Part shown: positions 34,627 through 44,285 of the stretch, one piece after another
How positions within the stretch are numbered: position 1 is the first letter of the stretch
How the letters are laid out: the number at the start of each line of letters is the position of its first letter
NCBI GenBank assembly: GCA_964609455.1
Contig: CAZSRD010000002.1
Location: 13,402 to 72,777, forward strand
Source of the DNA: an uncultured Methanosarcinales archaeon
GTDB lineage: Archaea > Nanobdellota > Nanobdellia > Woesearchaeales > JACPBV01
Direction: 5' to 3'
DNA: 59,376 nucleotides
Translations under genes and position numbers: made by a program
Notes under the pieces: model-generated
What the model was told of the DNA's origin: nothing
The model's database searches: none
What the model saw: the letters and a program-made list of their open reading frames with translations, nothing else

Positions 34627-35619
34627 ATGAAGATGTTTTGGGTTAATGCACTTAAATGGAATAAAAAAATAATCACAACAGCATTAGAGAGCAATGCAGA
34701 CGCAGTCTTAGTTCCAAAAGGTTTTTCAAAAAAAGTTAAAGAACTTGGCCTGATTAAGACAATAAGCCAGGATGGAGACCTTAAGCTTGGAAAAGATGTT
34801 GTTATAGTGACAATCAACAATAAAGATGATGAAAAAAAGGCATTGAAAGAATCAAAATCAAAATTAGTGATAGTAAAAACAACAGACTGGACAGTCATTC
34901 CTTTAGAAAACCTTATTTCACAGGCCCGTGGCCTTATAGCAGAAGTTAAAAACTCAACAGAAGCAAAGACAGCATTAGAAACCCTGGAAAAAGGCGTAGA
35001 TGGGGTTTTATTGACGACAAACAACCTAAACGAAATCAAAAAAACAGCATCACTTATTAAATCATCTTCAGAAAAAATACCTCTTGTAAAAGCAAAGATA
35101 ATGGGTGTAAAAGCAGTAGGGATGGGAGACCGAGTTTGTATAGACACATGCACAAATATGAAAATAGGCCAGGGCATGCTTGTAGGTGATTCAAGCTCTG
35201 GAATGTTTTTAGTGCATTCAGAATCAATTGAAAACCCATACGTTGCCCAAAGGCCGTTTAGGGTTAACGCTTCAGCAGTTCACGCTTACATAAAAGTTCC
35301 TGGAGGAAAAACAAAATATTTATCAGAGCTGAAGACAGGAACAGAAGCACTGGTTGTAGATGCAAAAGGCAGCACAGAGATAGCAATAATCGGAAGGGCC
35401 AAAGTGGAAAAACGCCCTTTGATGTTGGTTGAAGCAAAGGCAGGTAACAAAAACATATCTTTGATATTGCAGAACGCAGAAACAATAAGGTTGGTTAAGC
35501 CAAACGGAAAACCAGTTTCAATTGTTAAGCTTAAAAAAGGAGATGAAGTGTTAGTTTTTGTAGAGGAAGCAGGAAGGCATTTTGGAGTTAAGGTAGAGGA
35601 AACAATTGTAGAAAAATGA
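34627..35619 (+). CDS. aroB': 3-dehydroquinate synthase type II (archaeal)
   Basis: MKMFWVNALKWNKKIITTALESNADAVLVP ... GDRVCIDTCTNM..GQGMLVGDSSSGMFLVHSE. MJ1249-like, 330 aa. Confidence 0.8.
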   Translation: MKMFWVNALKWNKKIITTALESNADAVLVPKGFSKKVKELGLIKTISQDGDLKLGKDVVIVTINNKDDEKKALKESKSKLVIVKTTDWTVIPLENLISQARGLIAEVKNSTEAKTALETLEKGVDGVLLTTNNLNEIKKTASLIKSSSEKIPLVKAKIMGVKAVGMGDRVCIDTCTNMKIGQGMLVGDSSSGMFLVHSESIENPYVAQRPFRVNASAVHAYIKVPGGKTKYLSELKTGTEALVVDAKGSTEIAIIGRAKVEKRPLMLVEAKAGNKNISLILQNAETIRLVKPNGKPVSIVKLKKGDEVLVFVEEAGRHFGVKVEETIVEK

Positions 35620-37001
35620 TTGCAATACCAATAGTAGCCTCAACAGTAAAAGAGGCTTTGAAAGACATCAGAAAATCAAATGCAGATTTAGTAGAGCTAA
35701 GGCTGGACTTTATAAAAGATATAAACACAAGCAGACTGGAAAAATTACTGAGAACCAACAGGAAGGCTATAGTTACAGACAGAAAAAAACGCCATGAGCT
35801 TATAAAGAAAGCAATAGAGCTGAAAGCAGGCTTTATAGACCTGGACATATCATTAGGAGAAAAATCGATTAAGAATATTATAAAAGAAAAACAAAATACA
35901 AGAATAATCGTTTCTTTCCACAATTTCAAAAAGACAGATAGAAAAGAGATCAATGCAAGATATTCTCAAATTAAAAAGTTAAATCCTGACATAATAAAGA
36001 TAGTTACATATGCAAATTCTATAGAAGATAACCTTATAATATTAGGCCTTATCAAAAAAGCAAAAAAGCAAAAAATAAAAATTATAGCCCTATGCATGGG
36101 GGAAAAAGGGCAAATCTCCAGGATTTTAAGTGTTCCATTTGGGGCATTCCTGACATTTGGCAGCCTAGAAAAAGGAAAAGAATCAGCACCCGGTCAAATA
36201 CAGGCAAAAGCGTTAAAGGAAATATACCATGTAAATGAATTAAAAAACCCAAAAATATTTGGTCTGTTAGGAAACCCAGTATCTCATAGTAAAGGGTACA
36301 TATTTCATAATAGGAAATTTAAGAAATCAGAAAAGATATATGTGAATTTCCTGGTTAATGATATAAGCTCATTTATAAGAAAATTCAAGCCAATAATATC
36401 TGGGCTAAGCATTACAATCCCTTTTAAAAGAAAAGTTATCAGATTGTTAGATAAAGTAGGCCCATTAGCCAAAAAAATCGGGGCAGTAAACACAGTTATA
36501 AAGAAAAAAAACAAGCTAATTGGATACAACACAGACATTACAGGAGCGATTAAGGCAATAAGCTCAAAGACAAGAATCAAAGGAAAAAATGTGCTGTTAT
36601 TGGGTGCAGGGGGAGTTGCAAGGGCAATCGCTTATGGCATAGTTAATGAAGGAGGCAACCTTATAATAATTAACAGGACAGAAAAAAAAGCAAAAAATCT
36701 TAGCAAAGAACTTAACTGTAGTTCAGCAGCCTTAAAGGAATTGCCCAAGCTAAGCTACATCGATATAATCATAAACGCAACATCAATCGGCATGGAACCC
36801 AATATAGAAAATACGCCAATTAAAAAGAAAATATTGAGGAAAATATCTAAAAAAAATGCATTGGTTTTTGACTCAGTATACACACCAAAAACAACAAAAC
36901 TTTTAAAACAAGCAGAAAAACTTGGTTTTATCACAGTATCCGGATACGATATGTTCATAAATCAGGCTGAGGAACAAGCCAGATTATTTTTGGAGGTTTA
37001 A
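35616..37001 (+). CDS. aroDE: Fused type I 3-dehydroquinate dehydratase / shikimate dehydrogenase
   Basis: N-terminal half: IAIPIVAST..ADLVELRLDF, SFHNF, IIKIV (AroD type I). C-terminal half: FGLLGNPVSHSKG, NTD, LLGAGGVARAIAYG (AroE). One 461-aa ORF. Confidence 0.85.
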   Translation: MIAIPIVASTVKEALKDIRKSNADLVELRLDFIKDINTSRLEKLLRTNRKAIVTDRKKRHELIKKAIELKAGFIDLDISLGEKSIKNIIKEKQNTRIIVSFHNFKKTDRKEINARYSQIKKLNPDIIKIVTYANSIEDNLIILGLIKKAKKQKIKIIALCMGEKGQISRILSVPFGAFLTFGSLEKGKESAPGQIQAKALKEIYHVNELKNPKIFGLLGNPVSHSKGYIFHNRKFKKSEKIYVNFLVNDISSFIRKFKPIISGLSITIPFKRKVIRLLDKVGPLAKKIGAVNTVIKKKNKLIGYNTDITGAIKAISSKTRIKGKNVLLLGAGGVARAIAYGIVNEGGNLIIINRTEKKAKNLSKELNCSSAALKELPKLSYIDIIINATSIGMEPNIENTPIKKKILRKISKKNALVFDSVYTPKTTKLLKQAEKLGFITVSGYDMFINQAEEQARLFLEV

Positions 37002-37002
37002 T

Positions 37003-38283
37003 ATGAAACTTGTAGTAGAAAAAACAGAAAAACTTGAAGGGGAAATTACAATCCCGGGCTCTAAATCACATACAATTAGGGCTGTTATAATAGCATCCTT
37101 AGCAGAGGGCACATCGAAAATTCTAAATCCACTAAAATCAGAAGACACAATAGCAGCTATAAATGCTTGCAAAGCTTTAGGAGCAAATATCAACACAGAT
37201 AATGAAAAAGAATGGATTGTTAATGGATTTAACCATCAACCCAATGCCCCTGCAGAAATACTAAATCTAGCCAACTCCGGAACCTCTTTACGCTTAATAT
37301 CAGGGATAATAGCAGCTTTATGTGATTCTGAAGTAGAATTGGATGGAGACGAATCCTTGAGAACAAGGCCAATTCAACCACTTTTAAAGTCATTCAACGA
37401 ATTAGGTGCAGAAGCTTTGTCTGTCAAAAATAATGGGTATTGTCCAATAAAGATTAAGGGTAAAATGTCAGGCGGCTCTACAGAGATTGTTGGGTTGACC
37501 TCTCAATATGTATCCAGCTTATTGCTTGCTTGCCCCTTGCTAGAGCAAGATTCAAAAATTACAGTTATAAAACCTAATGAAGTGCCATATATTGAAATGA
37601 CATTGAAATGGCTCGATGAACAAGGAATCAAGTATGAATCTTCAAAGGATTTTACACAATTCAAGGTATTCGGCAATCAGCGCTATAAGGCATTTGAAAA
37701 GACAATTCCAGCAGATTGGAGCTCAGCAGCATTCCCCCTCGTAGCTTCTGCTATCTTGCCATCAAACGTTTTAATTAAGGGATTGGATCCAAATGATGTT
37801 CAAGGTGATAAAGCAATTATCGATTATATGAAAAAAATGGGTGCAGACATTTCAATAGAAAATAACGGAATAAGGATCAAAGGAAAAGAACTGCAAGGCT
37901 GTGAACTAGATATAAACAGCACACCAGACGCATTGCCTTCATTAGCAGTTCTGGGATGTTTTGCAAATGGCACAACTACCTTAGTTAATGTTGCTCAAGC
38001 AAGAGTAAAAGAAACAGATAGGATAAAAGTAATGACAGAAGAGCTTAGTAGAATGAACGCAGACATCAAAGAAAGGGAAGAGGGGCTGATAATCCACAAA
38101 AGCCATCTTAAGGGAACTAAGGTAAGAGGCCATGCAGACCACAGAATTGTCATGGCTCTAAGCCTGGCAGGCATGATTGCAGAAGGAAAGACCGAGATTA
38201 CAACAGCAGAATCAATAAATGTTACTTACCCAACTTATGTTGGGTCAATGAAAACTCTTGGAGCAAAAATGGAGGTAGTTTAA
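37003..38283 (+). CDS. aroA: 3-phosphoshikimate 1-carboxyvinyltransferase (EPSP synthase)
   Basis: IPGSKSHTIRAVIIASLAEG, LANSGTSLRL, LDGDESLRTRP, DALPSLAVLG, RVKETDRI, DHRIVMA. Confidence 0.92.
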   Translation: MKLVVEKTEKLEGEITIPGSKSHTIRAVIIASLAEGTSKILNPLKSEDTIAAINACKALGANINTDNEKEWIVNGFNHQPNAPAEILNLANSGTSLRLISGIIAALCDSEVELDGDESLRTRPIQPLLKSFNELGAEALSVKNNGYCPIKIKGKMSGGSTEIVGLTSQYVSSLLLACPLLEQDSKITVIKPNEVPYIEMTLKWLDEQGIKYESSKDFTQFKVFGNQRYKAFEKTIPADWSSAAFPLVASAILPSNVLIKGLDPNDVQGDKAIIDYMKKMGADISIENNGIRIKGKELQGCELDINSTPDALPSLAVLGCFANGTTTLVNVAQARVKETDRIKVMTEELSRMNADIKEREEGLIIHKSHLKGTKVRGHADHRIVMALSLAGMIAEGKTEITTAESINVTYPTYVGSMKTLGAKMEVV

Positions 38284-38284
38284 A

Positions 38285-39439
38285 ATGATGGGAAACACTT
38301 TCGGAAGAATTTTTAGAATTACAACAGCAGGAGAATCATATGGAAAAGGAAAAGGTTCTGCTCTAGCAGTAATAGTAGACGGAGTCCCACCTGGCTTAAA
38401 AATTACAAAAGAGGTTATTCAAAAAGAATTAGATGCAAGAAAACCAGGTGTTGGAAAATTAAATTCACCAAGAAAAGAAACAGACCAATGTGAGATATTT
38501 GCCGGAATAGGCCAAGATGGAGTAACAACAGGAGCCCCGTTAGGAATCATCATATACAATGTTGACACCCAAAAAGTCCATATAGAACAGTATAGGCAAT
38601 ATAAAGACACTTTCAGGCCAGGGCATGCAGCTTACCCATTCTACATGAAATATGGGGATGCGCAAGATTGGTGTGGCGCTGGTAGAGCCTCAGGAAGAGA
38701 AACAGTAGGTAGGGTAGCAGGAGGAGCAGTTGCAAAATTCATCTTAGCCAGAGAAGGAATAGAAATAGTCTCATACACAAAAGAATGCATGGGTATTAAG
38801 GCAAAAGAAATGTCTTTTGATGAAATCAAAAAGAACAGAAGGAAAAGTGAAATCAACTGCCCTGACTTAGAAGCAGCAAAGAAAATGGAAAAGAAAGTTT
38901 TGGAGATAAAAGACGAAGGAGATACAGCAGGAGGAATAATTGAGATAATAGCTAGGGGCGTCCCTCCTGGGCTTGGAGAACCAGTCTTTGACAAATTAAG
39001 CGCAACAATAGCTCATGCCTTAGCTTCAATAGGAGCAGTTAAAGGAGTAGAATTCGGAGCAGGATTTGAAGTTGCAAATATGAAAGGCTCTAAAAATAAT
39101 GACCAGCCTTATCTGACAAAAGATGGTAAAGTTAGTTTCAAAACCAACAATGCAGGAGGATTTTTAGGCGGGTTCTCAAACGGAGAAGATATTGTAGCTA
39201 GAATAGCCGTAAAACCAACACCTACAATATCAGTAAAACAAACATCCATAAATATGAAAACAATGAAAGAAGAGCCGCTTTCACCTATAACTAGAAGAGA
39301 CCCAACTTTAGTTGGAAGATTATGGGCTGTAGCAGAAGCAATGATGGCAGTTGCAATATTAGACTCGTTATACATGGCCAAAGCGTATGACGGAATGGCA
39401 AGACTCGATGAAAAATGGATGAAACTAAAGGAAAAATAA
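38285..39439 (+). CDS. aroC: Chorismate synthase
   Basis: FRITTAGESYGKG, RKPG, RPGHAAY, GRASGRETVGRVAGGAVA, GGFLGGFSNGEDI, KPTPTI, RRDPTLVGR. Confidence 0.92.
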   Translation: MMGNTFGRIFRITTAGESYGKGKGSALAVIVDGVPPGLKITKEVIQKELDARKPGVGKLNSPRKETDQCEIFAGIGQDGVTTGAPLGIIIYNVDTQKVHIEQYRQYKDTFRPGHAAYPFYMKYGDAQDWCGAGRASGRETVGRVAGGAVAKFILAREGIEIVSYTKECMGIKAKEMSFDEIKKNRRKSEINCPDLEAAKKMEKKVLEIKDEGDTAGGIIEIIARGVPPGLGEPVFDKLSATIAHALASIGAVKGVEFGAGFEVANMKGSKNNDQPYLTKDGKVSFKTNNAGGFLGGFSNGEDIVARIAVKPTPTISVKQTSINMKTMKEEPLSPITRRDPTLVGRLWAVAEAMMAVAILDSLYMAKAYDGMARLDEKWMKLKEK

Positions 39440-40272
39440 CAATTGGAATAATCGGCGGAACAGGCCGAATGGGTCAATGGTTTAAGAGGTTTTTTGAGAA
39501 AAACCACTACCCTGTTATTATATCTAGTAGAAAAACAAAAATTAAACCGAAAGAATGTGCATCTAAATGCGACGTTGTTGTAATAACCGTTCCTATAGGC
39601 TCCACCATAAGGGTGATCAAGGAAGTAGCTCCTTTTGTTAGAGAAGATGCTTTGCTTATGGACTTAACATCTTTGAAAAAAGATCAAGTAGAAGCTATGT
39701 TAAAATACAGCAAAGCAGCAGTTATAGGCGCACACCCTGTTTTTGGTCCTTCTGTTGGCAAAATAAAAAACCAAACAGTTGTTCTATGCCCCTCAAGGCC
39801 AAGAAATTGGCTGAGCTGGCTTCGTAATTTATTTGAAAAGAATGGTGCTTTAGTAAGGATAACAACTCCGGAAAAACATGACAAGATGATGTCTATCATA
39901 CAAGGATTAACCCACTTTTCAACAATATGCGTAGCCCACACTTTAAAAAAATTAGGAATAGATGTTGAAGAGAGTTTGCATTATACTTCTCCAATCTACA
40001 AACTTAGGATGGATATGGTTGGAAGATTGCTTAATCAAGACCCGGGATTATATGCAGATATCGAGATGCTTAATCCCGACAATAAAAAAGCAATGGAAGA
40101 GTACATCCGTTCAACTCGTGAACTAATAGGGATAATAAAAAGAAAAGACAGGGAAGAATTTATTCAATTCTTCAAAGAAGGTTCTGATTTCCTAGGTGAC
40201 TTCAAAAAAGAGGCAACAGAATATTCAGATTATATAATAGAGCAATTAGTGAAAAAAGGAAGATTAAGATGA
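39415..40272 (+). CDS. tyrA: Prephenate dehydrogenase
   Basis: IGIIGGTGRMGQWF Rossmann, DLTSLK, GAHPVFGP, HDKMMSIIQGLTHF. No chorismate mutase domain. Confidence 0.85.
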   Translation: MDETKGKITIGIIGGTGRMGQWFKRFFEKNHYPVIISSRKTKIKPKECASKCDVVVITVPIGSTIRVIKEVAPFVREDALLMDLTSLKKDQVEAMLKYSKAAVIGAHPVFGPSVGKIKNQTVVLCPSRPRNWLSWLRNLFEKNGALVRITTPEKHDKMMSIIQGLTHFSTICVAHTLKKLGIDVEESLHYTSPIYKLRMDMVGRLLNQDPGLYADIEMLNPDNKKAMEEYIRSTRELIGIIKRKDREEFIQFFKEGSDFLGDFKKEATEYSDYIIEQLVKKGRLR

Positions 40273-41075
40273 TAGCAACACTTGGCCCAAAAGGCACTTT
40301 TAGCCATGAAGCAGTTTTGAAGAGAGATAAGAATGCCGAACTTCTTTTCAAAAATACTGTTTGGGATGTTTTCGAAGCAGTGGCTGCAAACGAAGTTGAT
40401 GAAGGCGTTGTACCTATTGAAAACTCAGTTTCAGGTACAATAGGTTTGACCTTGGATGCATTAATGGAGTTTGATTTGAATATTATTGCAGAAATAATAT
40501 TGCCAATAAAGCATAATCTTGTGGGTTATGATGGTGTTAAAGAGATTAAAACATTATATGTCCATCCTTCTACTTATGAGCAATGTGAAAAATTCATCAG
40601 AAAAACCATACCAGAAGCTAAAATAATACAGACAAGCTCGAACGCAGCATCAGCTGAGATTATTGCTGAGAAAAAAGACCAGACAAAAGCCGCAATAGTT
40701 CCTTTGGAAGCTGTTGAGATATATAAACTAAAGGTAATAAAGAAAAATGTACAAGACAATAAATTCAATATTACAAAATTCATTGTTATAAGCAAAAAGG
40801 AACCCCAAAAAACATCCTCTGAAAGGACATCCATAGCAATATACCCTCAAGCGGATAAGCCGGGTTTGCTTTATTCCTTATTGGGAGAATTTGCAAAGAG
40901 AGACATCAATCTAACCAAAATAGAATCAAGGCCATCTAAAGGAAAGTTAGGAGATTATATTTTTTTCATAGACTTACAGGGAAACAAGGAAGATGCCAAA
41001 ATAAAAGAAGCATTTGCTAAAATAGAAGAGGATTTTTTCCTTAAGGTTTTAGGCTCATACCATAGGGAATATTAA
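40269..41075 (+). CDS. pheA: Prephenate dehydratase with ACT domain
   Basis: IATLGPKGTFSHEA, VPIENSVSGTI, NITKF, TKIESRPSKG (TRF/ESRP motifs), ACT-like C-terminus. No chorismate mutase domain. Confidence 0.88.
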   Translation: MIATLGPKGTFSHEAVLKRDKNAELLFKNTVWDVFEAVAANEVDEGVVPIENSVSGTIGLTLDALMEFDLNIIAEIILPIKHNLVGYDGVKEIKTLYVHPSTYEQCEKFIRKTIPEAKIIQTSSNAASAEIIAEKKDQTKAAIVPLEAVEIYKLKVIKKNVQDNKFNITKFIVISKKEPQKTSSERTSIAIYPQADKPGLLYSLLGEFAKRDINLTKIESRPSKGKLGDYIFFIDLQGNKEDAKIKEAFAKIEEDFFLKVLGSYHREY

Positions 41076-41076
41076 A

Positions 41077-42591
41077 ATGGATAAACTAATCCAGACATTG
41101 CACATTTATGAAAGAAAAGTGCTTAATGTATTGGATAAGGCAAATGATCTTTCTTCTATAGCAAAAGAATCTGGATTGCAGGAAATAGAGGCAATGCGTG
41201 GCTTGCAATGGTTAGAAAATAAAGGTATTGTTAAGATTTCTTCTGAATTAAAGGAAATTGTAGTTTTAGATGATAATGGAAGAAAATACCTTGAAAAAGG
41301 CCTGCCAGAAAGGAGATTCCTGCAGCATTTAAAGAAAGACACCCCAATTTCTGAAATTGTTAAGAATGCAGGTTTAGAAAAAGAAGAAGTCAATATCTGT
41401 TTGGGGGTTTTAAAAGGGAAAGCAGCAATATCGATTAAGAAAGATAAGGAAATGATAATCTCTCCCTTACCTCAAGCTTCTAAATTATTGGAAAAAGAGT
41501 CATTAGAAGAGCAGTTTCTCAAGAAAAGTTTCCCACTAGGCTTATCATCTTTAAGAGATGAAGAGAAGTTTGCTCTGGAAAATTTAAAGAGGAGAAAAAA
41601 CATTATCAAAGTTGAAACTAAGAAACTTAAAAACGCAGTTTTAACAGATCTAGGAAAAAAATTACTCGCTAAAGGAATATCCCTGGAAGAATCCTATGAC
41701 AGGCTAACTCCAAAAATGCTCAAAGATGGTTCTTGGCAAAAGAAAAAATTTAGAAGATATGATGTTAGGATTAATGTTCCATCAATATTTGGGGGAAAAA
41801 AACAGCATTACATGAGGTTTTTAGATGAAGTTAGGCAAAAATTCATGGCTTTAGGATTTAAGGAAATGTTTGGCCCTATAGTCGAAACAGAGTTTTGGGA
41901 TATGGATGCTTTATTCATGCCCCAATTTCATTCCGCCAGGGATATACATGGGGCTTATTATGTTAAAGAGCCAAAATACGGAAAAGTAGAGAAAGATATA
42001 CTAGAAAATGTTAAGTTAAGTCACGAAATTGGTAAGGGAACAATTAGCAAAGGGTGGAGATATAAATTTGATATTGACAAAACAAAACAACTTATTTTAA
42101 GGACCCAGGGAACAGCATTATCTGCTAGGACTTTAGCTTCTAAAGATTTACAAATACCTGGGAAGTATTTTGCAATAGCAAGATGCTTCAGGCCAGATGT
42201 TGTTGACGCAACCCACTCAGCAGACTTTAACCAGGTTGAAGGTATAATAATAGAAGAAAATCTTAATTTCAAGCACCTTAAGGGATTATTAAAAATGTTT
42301 GCAGAAGAATTTGCTCAAACAGACCAAATAAAGATTACGCCAGCTTACTTTCCGTTCACAGAACCATCTGCAGAATTACATGCAAAACATCCAGAACTAG
42401 GATGGATTGAACTAGGTGGTTCAGGTATTTTTAGGCCAGAATTAGTAAAACCTCTAGTTGGAAAAGAAATACCAGTTTTAGCATGGGGTTTGGGTATAGA
42501 CAGATTAGCAATGTTCAAATTGGGGATAAATGACATCAGGGAGTTATTCTCACACAAATTAGAATTTTTGAAGAGTAGTAAGGTAATCTAA
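41077..42591 (+). CDS. pheS: Phenylalanyl-tRNA synthetase alpha subunit
   Basis: N-terminal wH repeats. Class II core: FWDMDALFMPQFHSARD, LRTQGTA, RCFRPD, FNQVEG, PFTEPSAE, GSGIFRPE, AWGLGIDRLAM. Confidence 0.92.
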   Translation: MDKLIQTLHIYERKVLNVLDKANDLSSIAKESGLQEIEAMRGLQWLENKGIVKISSELKEIVVLDDNGRKYLEKGLPERRFLQHLKKDTPISEIVKNAGLEKEEVNICLGVLKGKAAISIKKDKEMIISPLPQASKLLEKESLEEQFLKKSFPLGLSSLRDEEKFALENLKRRKNIIKVETKKLKNAVLTDLGKKLLAKGISLEESYDRLTPKMLKDGSWQKKKFRRYDVRINVPSIFGGKKQHYMRFLDEVRQKFMALGFKEMFGPIVETEFWDMDALFMPQFHSARDIHGAYYVKEPKYGKVEKDILENVKLSHEIGKGTISKGWRYKFDIDKTKQLILRTQGTALSARTLASKDLQIPGKYFAIARCFRPDVVDATHSADFNQVEGIIIEENLNFKHLKGLLKMFAEEFAQTDQIKITPAYFPFTEPSAELHAKHPELGWIELGGSGIFRPELVKPLVGKEIPVLAWGLGIDRLAMFKLGINDIRELFSHKLEFLKSSKVI

Positions 42592-42592
42592 A

Positions 42593-44242
42593 ATGCCAAC
42601 AATAAATTTTTCACTAACAGACTTGCAGAATTTAGTAGGCAAAAAACTTTCAATAGAAGAAGTCTCTAAACTAGCTGAATATGGAAAAGGCTCTTTTGAA
42701 GCTTATAATAAGGGAGAGGACGAAGTTTCAATCGAATTTGGTGATACCAATCTTCCATATTTATGGTCAGTGGAAGGATTTGCTCGCTTAATCAAAGGTG
42801 TTTTAGGTTTACAAAAAGGAATCCCTAAATTAGAGATAAAAAAAGCAGATTATAGTATTATCGTAGACAAATCTGTATCCCTTATCAGGCCATATATTGC
42901 CGCATTTGTGGCAAAAGGCCATAAAGTAGATGATTACTTAATTAAACAGATGGTCCAATTGCAGGAAAAATTATGTGAAAGTTTTGGTAGAAGAAGGTTA
43001 AAGGTGGCAATAGGAGTTTACAGCTATGACAAAATTAAATTCCCAGTGCATTATAAAGCAACAGAACCAGAGTCAGTAAAGTTTACACCATTAGAATTCA
43101 AAAAAGAAATGACTCAGCAGGAAATTCTGGAAGAGCACCCAAAAGGAAAAGAATATGCATGGACACTAGAAGGTTGTAAGAAATATCCAATATTAGTAGA
43201 TGATGCTAATGAAGTCTTGAGTTTCCCGCCCATAATTAACTCTAATTTTACAGGTAAGGTTGCTGAAGGAGATGAACACCTTTTTATCGAAGCTACAGGA
43301 ACAGACCTCGAATCAAATCTTTTAGCCATTAATATAATGGCTCAAGCTTTTTATGAAAGGGGCTTTGAGATTTACTGCGTAGACATAAAATACCAAGGAA
43401 AAAAAATAACAACGCCTTTTATCTTTAAAGACAAAATAAAAATAACTAATCAACAAATAAAATCCCTGCTCGGATTAGATCTTAAAACTTCTCAAATTAA
43501 AGAATTACTGGAAAAAGCGCAATATAATTACTCGACTGTTGTGCAAATACCACCCTATAGAAAAGATATATTGCACCCAAACGATGTCATAGAAGACATC
43601 GGGATAATATATGGGTATGATAATATAAAAGAAGAGCCATTAACTTCCTACACAATTGGGGAAACATCTAATTTAGTAAAATTCAAAGACAAAATAAGAG
43701 AACTGATTGTTGGCTTAGGTTATCAGGAAGCAGCCTCCCCAATGTTAACAAATAAGACTATTTTATATGAAAAAATGAACACCAAAGACTTGGGCACAAT
43801 AGAGTTAACCAATTTCATGTCAGAGACCTACTCTTGTGTAAGGTCCTGGTTATTGCCTATTTTGATGGACTTTCTATCTAAAAACAAACATGTAGAATAC
43901 CCTCAAAAAGTATTTGAACAAGGTTTAGTTACAGTAAAAGAAGGTGATGATGTAATAGATTACGAGCGCATAGCAATAGTCTCAGCAAACGAAAAAGCAG
44001 ACTACACAGAAATAAGGCAGGTTCTTGATTATATGGCCAGGATGTTAGGAATTGAATATTCAATAGAGGAAACAGACCATGATTCATTCATACCCGGAAG
44101 AGTGGGGAGAGTAATCGTAAACAATAAAAAAGTAGCTTATATTGGAGAAATCTCGCCAATAGTCTTGGGAAATCACAGTTTAGAAATTCCGGTTGTAGGA
44201 TTAGAGCTCAATATATCTGATCTATTCCAATCTATGGTCTAA
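42593..44242 (+). CDS. pheT: Phenylalanyl-tRNA synthetase beta subunit
   Basis: MPTINFSLTDLQNLVGK, B3/4 and B5 regions (IPPYRKDILHPNDVIEDIGIIYGYDNI), archaeal size of 549 aa. Confidence 0.9.
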   Translation: MPTINFSLTDLQNLVGKKLSIEEVSKLAEYGKGSFEAYNKGEDEVSIEFGDTNLPYLWSVEGFARLIKGVLGLQKGIPKLEIKKADYSIIVDKSVSLIRPYIAAFVAKGHKVDDYLIKQMVQLQEKLCESFGRRRLKVAIGVYSYDKIKFPVHYKATEPESVKFTPLEFKKEMTQQEILEEHPKGKEYAWTLEGCKKYPILVDDANEVLSFPPIINSNFTGKVAEGDEHLFIEATGTDLESNLLAINIMAQAFYERGFEIYCVDIKYQGKKITTPFIFKDKIKITNQQIKSLLGLDLKTSQIKELLEKAQYNYSTVVQIPPYRKDILHPNDVIEDIGIIYGYDNIKEEPLTSYTIGETSNLVKFKDKIRELIVGLGYQEAASPMLTNKTILYEKMNTKDLGTIELTNFMSETYSCVRSWLLPILMDFLSKNKHVEYPQKVFEQGLVTVKEGDDVIDYERIAIVSANEKADYTEIRQVLDYMARMLGIEYSIEETDHDSFIPGRVGRVIVNNKKVAYIGEISPIVLGNHSLEIPVVGLELNISDLFQSMV

Positions 44243-44285
44243 TTGAAGAAAGGTTTTTATATCTAGTTCTCTATTGCCGATAATA

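Noticed and set aside
34599-35177. 192-aa minus-strand ORF inside aroB' (and similar antisense ORFs in acs, aroC, pheS, the 821-aa gene and others)
   Set aside because: They are antisense to genes with clear family motifs, and they have no start signals or recognisable motifs.
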